Source: Sarea resinae
Lineage: Eukaryota
Assembly (NCBI GenBank): GCA_026026165.1
Contig: JAPEUD010000047.1
Span: 124,001 to 188,000, forward strand
Direction of reading: 5' to 3'
DNA: 64,000 nt
Under the pieces are notes generated by a model that was given only the letters and a program-made list of their open reading frames with translations, was not told the origin of the DNA and did no database searches. Positions 13,225 to 25,391 of this stretch are shown one piece after another. Both the position numbers and the translations under genes were made by a program. Each line of letters begins with the position of its first letter. The stretch's first letter is position 1.

Positions 13225-13548
13225 AAAAATCATCGAACATCTCAAGCCGGGATTTTATCTCCGCAGCTGACCTTCCTTATTTTTTATGCCAAAATCGTCG
13301 AACGCCTCAGGCAGATCACCTCGGCGTCCGGCATGCTCCAGATTCACCTCGACCGAAAAATCGTCGAACGTCTCAGATCGATCACGTCGCGTCTCCCCAA
13401 GCCCTCTGTTTACTTCTGCTTACACCAGATGAATTCGGAAAGCGCGTGAGGTAATCAGACTGCTCATCCCGGAGTCGTCAGGGGCGACGGGTGCTCCAAT
13501 CCCAAGTTCGTCGAACGTCTCAAGCCCGTCTGAACAAGCCCGTCTGAA
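13225..13548. repeat. Spaced repeat array: 4 copies of core TC(G/A)TCGAAC(G/A)(T/C)CTCA plus a 14-bp tandem duplication
   Basis: Cores start at 13230, 13295, 13361 and 13508, and the first three follow A4-5. CAAGCCCGTCTGAA occurs twice at 13521-13548. Confidence 0.75.
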
Positions 13549-14316
13549 CCAGATCGGTCACATCTCCTCACCATCTGTCTCTGCCGCCCTTCACTAGAAT
13601 AACGAGTCTACGACACATCAAGAGAGCTGGCCAGGTAAATCCGCCCAAAGGCGCGGCGCGTACAGCCCCATAACAGCCTTCGACGAAATCGTCGCTAACG
13701 GAGCACATGCTAGCCGGTATCTCGGAAATTTCACATCAAACCAACTCACTTATCACCGAATGAGATTCTGGACTTTTCTTGTTTTGTTTTGTTTTGGTTT
13801 TGTTTTTTTTTGGGGGGGTCCAATCTTCCGAAAATCTGGCTTCCAGGTTCCAGGCAAGAGCCGGCAGGAAGGCAGATCGGGTTTATCTCTGATGGCTCTA
13901 AATGAAATATAGTGGAACGAAATCTATGTAAATGGCAGACCTCACGAATGGTCGGCGAAAGAGGAAGGGAAAAATATGAAAAGGAAATGAAAGATCTGAT
14001 AGGAGTCTGTATCTACACTGATTGACTAGGGTAGAATTTTGAGTGAGTTTTGAAGGAAATTATTTGTGTGGCCGGAAAAAATGTTGGACCAAGAGCCGCA
14101 CCATGTGCGAGACAAGGCAAACGGACAGACTCGCGAGGAGTAAACCCCGTCTGAATTTGAAAATCGAAAGGGTAAAGAGACTAGACGGGAACCATGACGA
14201 GGTTTCCGGTGGTAGCAATGCAGAGAAAGATGGACAGACGCTCGAAGGGGACCATAATCATCCGTCTACCAGACTATTTCGACCCCACAATACATCATCA
14301 CATGTTCATTATCCAT

Positions 14317-17300
14317 CTACTCCGTCTTGCTCTTGGCCGACTTCTTCGGCACACGAGCGACCCAGTAAATAGCGACGGCGGCGCAGATGTTGAAGATGAT
14401 GTAGATCCACATGAAGCCAAAGTTCCTCCACCGTTGAGAGTAATGGGCGTTGATTGAGGCCAAGAAGGTATTCGTGGAAGAAATGGCACAGAATTGGCAG
14501 TCAGAGGTAGCAGACGGGTTGGTGACATAGCCACCATTGGTGCTGATGTACTCGGAGAGGTATTTGGCGCAAGTGGAACCGTTCGGGGGGTTGAAGTGCC
14601 GATATTCAATCGAGGAGCAGACAACCTTCGTGTTTGCGACAGCGGTCGAAAGCATGGCGCTGACGAGATAGGTGAAAGGTGAAACGCGGTACATGAAGAT
14701 CCAGAACCCAGGGAATGTGCCGGGAGCCGCGATGACACCGCAGAAAATCAGAGTCAGAGAGAAAAGAAGATTGGCAATGTTGCCTCCAGTCTCAGCAGTC
14801 TCGATACCAGCAATAATCATGTTGGTAAAGGTCGACGTGAAAAGCATGAAAGTCCAGATGAGCAGGAACATAAGAGCTCCACGCTCATGGACAGCGCCCG
14901 TAGGTTCTGCATTTCTATACAGTCCAATAGGATAGTACCAGCAGAGAAACATGACGACAGCCATCAAGCTGTTCCAAGGCAATTCAACAAGAATGTTACA
15001 GAGCATGAATGCTTTCCAGGAATAGGCCTTTGACGGTCGCTCCCGAACTTCATACAACGCACGTTGAGTAACAAAATGAGGCATGATCTGTTGGACGAGA
15101 TTGCCGAAGATGGTCATGAGCATGAAGATGGAAAACATCTGATTCTGAAGACCTTGTTGACTGTTCTTGGCTTTGAAAAATGAGAAGCCGACGAATAGAG
15201 AAGTAGAGAGGCAAAGGGCGAACTTCGAGTAGATGTACGACGGTGTGCGCCAGTATTGCTGGAATACACGCTGCGTGCATTCATACACCTGAACTGTCAT
15301 CGGCGCCGCGAATTCGCTGAGGGTAGTCTTGTCTGCAGGAGCGGACACGGTCTTATGAAGAGGAAGGTCTGTCTTCATCCGAGCAAGCTCATTCCGAACT
15401 TCAGTTCGTTCAGGACTGTTATTCCAGGTTTCAGGCCAGTTGATATCACTATGAGATCCAGGAGCAGCACCAATAATTTCCAACATCCACTCCGCAGGGT
15501 TAGCTTCGGGTGGACATGGCGGAGCGCCGTTGCTCTCAAAGTAGTTCGTTAGAATCTTCGAGTTCTCGCCAACTTCACCGAAGTATACTGTCCTACCACC
15601 TCTTGCAAGGAAAAGCAAACGGTCGAAACGCTGAAAGAGCATAGCTGAGGGTTGATGAATAGTGCAAAGAATGGCTTGTCCGTGATTCGTGAGCTTTTCC
15701 ATGAGATCGCAAATTGACCAAGAAGTTTGACTGTCAAGACCAGATGTAGGTTCGTCCAAGAAGAGTAGAAGCTGGGGCTTTGCAGCGAGTTCCACTCCGA
15801 TAGTGAGACGCTTGCGCTGCTCGACGTTGAGACCTTCTCCGGGAACACCGACAACAGCGTCGGCGTACTCTTCCATTTCTAAGAGCTTGATGACCTCATT
15901 GACGTAATCCATCTTCTCTTTGCGGCTCACATGTGCAGGCTGCCGCAAGACCGCACTGAAGTTTAGCGCTTCTCTGACCGTCGAGGTTGAAAGATGCAGA
16001 TCCTGCTGTTGGACATATCCTGTTTTGCGTTGGAAGGAATCGTCACGTTGACGACCATCGACCAACATTTCTCCCGTAACGACACCCATTGTCACACGAG
16101 TTGCGAGTACATCCAAAAGAGTTGTCTTACCGGCACCAGAAACACCCATCAGTGCTGTAAGAGTCCCGGGCTTGACCCAGCCGTCGACATGGTCCAAAAG
16201 TCTTCGAGGCTCGCCTTTGATCTTGATGTCGTAGCACACGTCTTGCCAGTGAAAAATCGCAGTTTGCTTCTGGATGACGGCAATAGCGTCATCTGATCCA
16301 TTGCCTTTTTCCGCAACAACCGGAAGCTCGGCCGTCGCTTCGATATCACCGGATTTTGCGGCGGCCTTGACAGACGCAGGTGCGTGACCACGACGGAACA
16401 ACAACACCTCGCCCTTCGATTTTTTGGCTTGAATAAACTCGGTAGCAGATAGGTAGGTGAAAGTCAAGAAGAGGAAATATCCAATCAGAATACCAAAGTT
16501 TCTCCACTTGTGGGCTTGGTAGTACTCGAAGCTTGCGTTGATATAGGCGTCGCCATTGACAGTGGGTGAACCTGCTACTGCTCCAGCTACAGAGCACGCT
16601 CTAGACAGACCAGTTACAGTCTCGTAGCCAGGACCACTAGGTACGAATGCAGCACAGTCGAAGGTACGCTTGTGGAATTCGTTAACCATCAAACTTTCGA
16701 AAGAATATGCCAGAGGGTTGAGGTAATTGATCCATCGAGACCAACCCAGCATGTTCCTTGTCGGAAGAACGAAACCGGTGTAGATGACAAGTGCGAGAAT
16801 CAAGATCGCCGCCGGTGCCATGGCCTCGGAGATAGACCTGGAAGCTGATCCAATCGTACGGAAGACCTGCGACATCACCATGGTAGAAGCGAATGATATC
16901 AAGACGTAGAAGAAGAACGGGCCCGGTTCACGTCGTAGATTTGTCAGAAAATACAGAGGCAGATTGAAAGTGAAGGCGTTCGTAATCTTATATGGCATGT
17001 CGCAAAGCATGGATGCTATAGCTTCGACAGACGGGTGATATAGCGCATACCTGGCCTGCTTCTCAACAATCGGTCGTTGGGCGTAGAGTGTCAGAATCTC
17101 CAAAGCGCTGGAGAATGCATTGAGCAGGACTGCGAAGAAAAGCAAGGAACCCCTCTGGAAAAAGCTGGCCGTGGTATGCGGCATATTGTAGAACACACTT
17201 CCGACGATTAGGGACATGGCAAAATTTCCGAAAAGAGCAGTGAAAGTTAAACTTGGATCACCCCTCAGTCGCTGGAAACCACGAACGACGCAAAGGCGAA

Positions 17301-18996
17301 TTTGTTGACCGAACGAGAGAGTATAGGGAGATTTGACACGCTGCCGTTTCGCTTGTTGTGCCCTTCGAGAAGCAATGAATTTCTGAAGCTGCTCGCCACC
17401 AATGGGATATTGCTTTTCGTAAGACTCGATATCACGCATCAATTGCGCATGAGTTTCACTTTTCTTCCAGGCTTCGGCAAACTCGTCCGGAGTGCGGGGA
17501 ACGCGATCTTCCCAGCCAGGTTTCACGACACGCTCGGTAGCACTGGTCAAAGAAGTAAGGAAATCTGCAGTCGTTTGGCGATCGGGACAATGGAAGCCCA
17601 TCGTGGTGAAAAATTCCTTAGCGTCAGTTGTGCGACCAAAGTAGATCTGGCGACCCTCGTAGAGAAGCACGACTTTATCAAAGACATCGTAAGCACTCTG
17701 GGATGCTTGGTAGATAGCCACGCAAGCCGTAGCTCCGAGCGATTCGGTGGACATCTTGAGCGTCCTACAGAACTCGAGAGCGTTTGCACTGTCCAGACCA
17801 CGTGTGCTGTTATCCCAACACTGCAGAGGGCTACCGCAAAGAGCAGCCTCAGCAATACTGACCCGCTTGCGTTCTCCTCCCGAGACACCTCGAATGTAGT
17901 CGTTGCCAACCCTTGTGTTGATGGTATGGCCTAAGCCAAACATCGCCATGACGACATCCCTAAGGTGAGATGCATACTGCTTTTTCGAAACGCCCTCAGG
18001 TAGGCTGCGAGGAGCTCTAGCTTGAGCCGCGAATGAGAGAGTATCTCCTACACTCAGCTGGGGGAAATGAACGTCCGTTTCGGCAGTGTAAATGGCCTCT
18101 CCACGAAATTGGCTATGCATTTGCTTGGCGCTGATGCCTATTTAGATATATCAGTTAGAATTGTAATCAAACGGAATCACTTGCACTGCGCATTTCGACA
18201 TTGCTCACCTTGGTAGTTTATGTAAGATTCCGAGTCAACGTAAATGCCATGAGTCTCTCCAGCGATTGTCTTTAACAATGTCGAGCATCCACTGATAGCC
18301 ATCCGTAGTCAGCACCGCGAATCCAGGAGTTGAGAACTTCACCACTTACCTTCCCGGTCGTCCAAGCACGACAAGCATCTCACCGCTGTGGACGAGACCT
18401 TCAAAGTTCCTCAGAATCTGAATCTTTGTCTGGCCTAGTCCCAACATCTTGCGGATTACGGCAGGGCCTTCCAGCAGAACATTTCCGACGTCCTTCTGAT
18501 AGTCGGTCGGCGTCCCGTATCCATGGACATTGAGATTTTTGTAAGCGATACCAGCTGTTCGTTCGGGAAAAAGGTCGGGGTCACGAGATTGGAGCTTCAG
18601 TAGAGCCTTGACCCAAGCCTTAGCACTAAAGTTCGGAGAGTTGGGGTCCAAAGCGCTATCCTTCTCTCCCGTGAACGGGTTCGTCCATTGACCGGAAGCC
18701 CCCGACTGCTGGGTCAATTGGCGTGCCAATCGACTGACTTGTCTCGTCGCTCGTGAATCGGGGTCGAATTCGGGCTCCTCATATTCACCATCCTTCTCTT
18801 CTAACACACCACCTTGCTTTGCCTCGGAGTAAGAGCTGTCTGATCGACGTTGGTTGGCGGTGGCGCCAGACGCGAGGGTCGAGGAGTCGGCGCTGTAGGG
18901 ATCATGACGGGGAATGAAGGCATTCCCGTCGTGGCCCGTGCCCTGAAGATGAGACTCGCGATCATAGTTGATCCCGACGTTACCGACGAGAGCCAT
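14317..18996 (-). CDS. Full-size pleiotropic drug resistance (PDR/ABCG) ABC transporter, Pdr5/Cdr1-like, ~1516 aa, 3 exons
   Basis: Exons 18996-18350, 18291-18209 and 18137-14317. NBD1 has the degenerate Walker A GRPGSGCST, signature [13 protein letters not shown] and Walker [14 protein letters not shown]2 has [16 protein letters not shown] and [11 protein letters not shown]. Topology is NBD-TMD-NBD-TMD. Confidence 0.97.
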
Positions 18997-21900
18997 TTTG
19001 AAATATTAAAGTAAAATATATCTATTATAGTGATTTTGGGATTCCAAGTCTAGATTGAAGAAGAAGAAGGGGGCGAGAGAAGTGGCAAAAGGGCCGAAAG
19101 AATGGAGAGAACAGCGATGATCTGGCACTACACGATTGTGTAGGAGACCAGTCACGTAGCTGTGGTCGGGCGAGATGGCAGCGGATAGAAGACGGACAAA
19201 CAAGAAAGAGAAGGAGAAGAAAGATTGATTAGGTGTAGAGAGAGAAGATGAGAGGAGATATAACCAACGGATGGATGACTGGAGAGCAAGGAACCGGGGC
19301 ATCGATTGGGTCTAGGGCTGGTGCACTGTAAGGAGCTGGAGGGCGAGAAAAAATGTGGCCAATGGGCATCAGGACCGCGTGGTGTCTACTGCCTAAGCAT
19401 ACGGTAGGTACGAAGTACTCAGAGCCCAGCCGTGTAAACAATAAGTACCGAGTACCGTCGACTTCTCTCCGCTTTGCAGTACTACTACTACGGGTAGAGG
19501 AGAGTCCTGGTAGCTATCTGGAATCACTGTGTGCTAAGGTACCGTATGGATCCATCGATGTAGGATAATACCTACAGAGAGACCTGCTCGTCGATCAAAC
19601 AAACCGTTCCGGGTTCTTTAGTCTGCTGGGCTATCTACGGGTCAGGTACTCCAAATGGGTAGGGGGTACTTCGTACATTCGCCCATTCGTTCCCCCACCC
19701 CACCTGGAACGGGGAGTCCATGCAACCAGCAGTAGAGTACTCTACGGAGTACGTACGAAGTACCTGGTCATCGATAATCAATCGCTTATCTCATCTCCCT
19801 CTCAACCACATGCTTGCGGATACAGGTAGTCTGTACTTGTTCTCGTTGGAAGCATTCGGGATCAGAAGCCTACCGACTCAGTGTACCCCTGACTTTGAGT
19901 GGGGGCTGCAAGAGGGAGCAGAGAAATAGAGAGTGAGAGGGACATTTGGACGGGCGCGGGAAAGGTCTATCGGAAGATAACGTTCCCGGCCGCCAAGTCG
20001 TTCCGTCGCCTTCGACCCGGTTCGGTCAAGTTTCTCCACGTAGCGTATCCGTACCCGTTGTCGAGGACTCACGATCGAGGGCATCCTAGGGCAAGCAAGG
20101 CCAATGTCAAAGGTCAGCAAGCTAGCCGACGTACATACTATGGTACTGTGCTGTCGGTTTTGCCTGCGGATGGACGAACATCCGCCTTCCGAGGCCGTTG
20201 CTCCTGCTGGCTCCAAGGTACTACTTGGTCCGAGGAGCCCCTCTTCGGCCTCATCCAGATGGAAATCTCACTTTCCGCCGCTGCTAGGGTGCACTACAGC
20301 TCGTTGCTTGGTAATATCTAATGTAACTTCCTTGAGGGATCTACTTTAGGGTCCGCACAACAGGCTTGGTCACCCCGTCCGTACCAATCGAAACCGTCCG
20401 TGCTTTTTTCGTGACGCAAGCTTCTCTGACCGGTGCCTGAGTCGTTTCTCGCTATACCCAGACGGAAAATTGGTGTCAACTAGAGGACCGTGTCAAGCAG
20501 ATAAGAGTATTGGAGGGACGAGCTGGCGGCCGCACGCCCGCACGCTTTGCATGCTTTGCACCCGCCATCCATCAGCAACCCAGACACGAGTTAGGCGCAA
20601 CCACGTCGAATTGGCAAATCGCCATCCGAGCTGACATCAAGTTCTTCGTACCAAGATCTACTAACGCTGCACATACTACGTAGTACCCACTGGCACACTA
20701 CTTGCTTCGCCACCTTACTCATGTCCACTGTTCCTCCTTACTCGAGTGATCCCTGCAAACTCATTTGCGGCAGTCCTTCCCTTGATTGTACTGTACTCTT
20801 GGCGTACTCTTCACAAATGCCGTAGATGCAAGTCAGATAATATTCCACCCCAAAAGACAGCTCCTCGTGCTGTAGAAGTACTCGTATTGCTAGTATATCG
20901 GAGCACGACACTACTGCGTGCTACATACGGTATCCATGGAGGTATCTCCCCCCCCTTCCTCCCCACCGCCCCTGTCTGCCTGTCTTCTCAATTGACTCAA
21001 CTGATAGGAGAGGACATAGAGTCCGATGCGGTGTATAGGGCCGCATAAACTGTCGATCAAGCTGTACTCCGTACTCCGTAATATGAAAGGTGGCGACCGA
21101 GGGACCTGCAATGTACCACAACCAAGAAAAAGACACGATAAATCAGGAGCCTTGCTATTCTAATCTTGACGACCAAAGTAGCAGATGGTGCATAACATAT
21201 CTGTATGAAATCATCAACTTCTATCTTCTGCCTAGAAAGGAACGTTGGGATCATAGAACCTACTGCATTCAAAATGATATCAAGACACGAACCAATAATG
21301 AAAGTGCGAAATCCCGGACAGAGATCTGGTGGGGTTTTGGTCGGCTACGCATGTCGCACGATCGGGGTTGTGAGTCTTACTACTGGGATAGCGCCGGGTA
21401 ATCGGAGACGAACAACTCTTTTTACACCACAGGAAGTTGATCCCGAGAATATTCAGCAACAAATCAATACTATGGCATGTTTGAGCAGTACAAGCACAAG
21501 ACAAATGAGATGAGTATTCCTATTTATAGAGCATACGAACGAAAAGAAATGAAGCAATCAATTTTCATTTCTTTCTTAAGCTCTATGGATCATTATGGAA
21601 CTTATTTGGATATAATTATCGTATAGTCACAGGTCTCTAAATTGCCAGGGACCGACCAGTAAGGAATCGAGTACTGATCTCGACGAGGATGAATCACGTT
21701 CGTTTTCATCGTTTCCTCTTCTGTGATTGCACCAAATGCGCTGCTTACGAAGTTGTTTGTAGTCCCTTGATTTCGGAAAAGCATTCATGATACTGTTCTA
21801 CGAACGTTGGTAGCAATTGGTGCTGAAAACACCGCTAGAACCTGTGCGTATTGCTTACTCGAACTCCCGTAGAAATGAGAACGGTCACCCAAACTTTGAA

Positions 21901-23825
21901 CCCGGGCTGAATCACGAATAGCTAACATTTATTCCCCGACTTCGGATAGTCAGCTACTTCAAACCAAACCACACTTTTTTGCCATGAACCTTACAAGAAG
22001 GATCCAAGTCGCCGGTCATAACAGGCTGCGGTACAAGTCTTGACGACAACGAGATTGGTTAGGAGTCTGTCAGAATTGTGAAGGACAGGTCCTGGCAGGT
22101 GTTTCAAGAACAGGGCCTGCCGCGATGCTTTCGACGCCTCTGGATTAATGAAGCGGGTGTATTGCCAGAAAGATCAGATGATAAACGTGAGTCGTGGACA
22201 ATGAGGTCTATAAGATTTGTAGAAAGGTGGGGGTAATATTCCAGGTTGGCTCATTCCGAAGAATGGTGGCCAAAAGCACGATCATTCCCTATCTTGAGGT
22301 ATTCCGAGCCCTTTGTCGTGAACGATTCAATTTTTTTTTAAAATTATAAAGATTTGTATAAACGATAAGACCTTAACTCAAAAAATGGTCCGCTAAAAAT
22401 TAGGCAGATGCTGCCAATATCAGAATTGTCAATGGCTCGACTCGGCTCGACAACATGGCAGATTCCGATATGAGGTTTGCTGCTTGATCACTGATGTCGA
22501 AATGACTGATGGGACCGGAGATCAAGGCTACTTTCACTATTTCAGTTTGATTTAAGGCTGGGATCGCTGGGCCCTGAGAGCATACCTTATGCAGTACAGA
22601 CCTGGGGATATTATTTGCGAAATATGGATATGGATATTCTGCATCTGGTAGATCAGCTAAATGTTAACAGTGGCGCAGTACAAGCAAGCGCTCACGCTCC
22701 GGACAATTTCATCATAAGGCTTCTCAAAGGCCAGTGTATAGCTTGGGCAATGCTCCCGGGATGATGTGACCCTGCAGCGATGCCGAAAAGAGGCCAGAGG
22801 GGTACAGTATTGGAAGGAAACCCTTTCAAGCTTTCTGCGATGACCTGTCATGTCCGTACTGATCGATATAAGGCTAGCATGATCGGCTGATGGGGTATTG
22901 CGTATGGCAAAACGACAGACGTATGACACCAAAGGAGAATCTAGAAATCGATTGGCAAGCAGATGTGGAGGGTATCTTTCGACCCATCAGAGTTGCCTTG
23001 CTGTAATGTAGAGCGAGCTCCTCCTCGTTCACAGCATTACTCAAGCAAGACATTGCGAAAGGGGGCTCTGCAGCCAAAGAGGGATCCTTGGAGACCAAAA
23101 GCGTTGATGATGGTTCCCAGAGTCTTCCGAGGGGCATCCGATGTCATGAACCCTCAGGGCCATAGTGGGGTCTGTTCCAGATGTGATTCCCGCTGGATGA
23201 TATACCTCTCGTTCAAAGAGACAACTTCCAGATAGACCATGATAGCTTGGATCAGAACAGCTTAAGCCCTTCCATGAGCGGCACTCGTAGGGTGATTGAA
23301 TCACAGCCGTGACAGCATACATTGCTAATGATTTAGATCCCCGGGCAATGGTGGACCGTACGAGGTACCTTCGTACTTCGTACTGGTATCAATGATCCAT
23401 TGGATACATCCATACGAGTGAGCTGTCTGACACAGCTCTGCTGCCTAAGATACTCCGTAGACCCTGGCGCTGTTACCTTCCAACGTTCCAACACCACGCG
23501 CGGAGAGACACACCCCAACCGTGACACACAGCACAGACACAGCACAGGCTGCGCGGCACAACATGCATGGGCAGACCTCTACTATGTAACTCTCCTCCAC
23601 CTCTGCCTCTGCGAGTAGCTCATGGCGATTGTTATTACCTGCCAAGCAAGACAGCATTATCATATTCTTCTGACTTCCGTCTCGCACCTGGATGAGTTAT
23701 GATCAATCATCGCGTTCTTTATGTTACATGAATGCCTCTTCATTGGAATTAAAGAGGACCAACGTCGTAATCTGAATATCTCGAATATTTGAATAGCCAC
23801 CCTTCCTCCGTCAAGAGTCAAGACC

Positions 23826-25391
23826 ATGCACGACACATCAAATCTCGCAATCCGCCTCGCAAGTACTTCCGACGGCCCCGCCGCCGAATACTTTCATCAC
23901 TCCAGCGCCCAAAGAGTCGACACTGACGCCGTCATAATTCAAGCCATCGAAGCGCAATACCCCAACAGCAGCGTCGTCATTGTACCCGAATCCGGCTGCA
24001 ACCTATTGGCTTATGCAGCATCTGGCCGCGCAACGGCCGTTCCCCTCCGCGAGGACAGAGATGACAGCGGCATTTCGACATCGTTGAAATGGCGTCGGTA
24101 TGTCCCACCCTCCCGAAGGATTGATGGCGCATTTGGCGTCCTTGTTGAGCAGGTTCGGTTTGGCAAATACCAATATACTTGGCGCGATCATGTTTTCTTT
24201 CTCTATGTCGTTGATGGCCGAGACGGAGGTGGTGCCTTTCCGCACGTGAAGAACAATTACATCATCGGAGAGGAGAAGGAAATTAACCAGCTGATCTCTT
24301 GGGTCGGCCAATACGATTCTCAATTGCATGATGAGGTGTGGGTTTTTTATGGAGGATTCTGGCAGAAGGACGCGGCTTTGTATCAAAGTGTGCAGAAGTC
24401 TTCGTGGGACGACGTCATTCTCGACAAGAACATGAAAAGGACTATCAGAGGCGATGTGGAGAGATTCTTCAATTCGAGGTCTACATACGCCAAGCTGAGG
24501 GTTCCCTGGAAGAGGGGCGTCATTTACCATGGCCCACCGGGAAATGGCAAGACGATATCTATTAAAGCAATGATGCACAGCTTGTACAGCAGACTTCCCG
24601 CTGTTCCCACTCTATACGTCAAAACACTAGCAAGGCAAGTCTCCTCCACATGCTACGAGGCTTGAATTCAGGGGCTCAACGTCTACAGCTATGCTGGTCC
24701 CGAAGCCTCCCTACACCAGATTTTCTCCAAAGCACGCCAAGAAGCCCCTTGTCTCCTCGTCTTCGAAGATCTCGACAGCATAGTAACCGACGGAGTGCGG
24801 TCCTTCTTCCTCAACGAAGTCGATGGCCTCTCCTCGAATGATGGCATTCTAATGCTAGGAAGCACCAACCATCTCGACCGCCTCGATCCGGGCATCTCTA
24901 AGCGCCCCTCCCGCTTCGATCGCAAGTACCTCTTCCCGGACCCCGACCTGCCCCAGCGCGTTCAGTATGCCGAGTACTGGCGCGGCAAACTGAGCGAGAA
25001 TGAGGAGATCCAATTTCCGACGAGGCTTTGCGGAGCGATAGCACGGATTACCGACGGCTTCAGCTTCGCGTATATGCAGGAAGCATTTGTGGCTACGTTG
25101 CTGGCTATTGCTGCCCGTGACGGTGAAGATGATGAAAGTGGCGACGATGAAAATGAAGGTGCTGAGAAGGACGAGGCTGATAGAGCAGGTGCTAAAGTTG
25201 AGGCCCTGGCACGAGAGATGGATCTTTTGAGTTTCTGGTACTCGGTGACAGGACACCCGTATATATGCTACTCCGCCGACAAGGACCTCGATCAGTATGT
25301 TCTTTGGCGAGAGATAAAAAAGCAAGTGAAGATCTTGCGGGACGAGATGACGGACGAGGTTGAGAAAATTAAGGTCGGTATACAGGATTAG
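23826..25391 (+). CDS. AAA+ family ATPase, 2 exons
   Basis: Walker A GPPGNGKT, Walker B LLVFEDLD, sensor/SRH STNHLDRLDPGISKRPSRFDRK. Probable GC-AG intron at 24635-24688. Confidence 0.92.

Noticed and set aside
13225..13548. CRISPR array
   Set aside because: Eukaryotic context, only 4 short imperfect repeats, irregular last spacing and no cas genes. Kept as an unexplained repeat.
17302..17934. Long antisense ORFs over the PDR, AAA, syntaxin and other genes
   Set aside because: These are shadows of codon bias on the opposite strand of well-supported genes.
21100..23300. Possible decayed gene or repeat between the PDR and AAA genes
   Set aside because: Only short interrupted frames, with no identifiable motif, TIR or RIP signature.
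11387..25391. Secondary-metabolite or detoxification cluster (hydrolase + PDR + AAA ATPase)
   Set aside because: No backbone synthase, tailoring enzymes or transcription factor are present.
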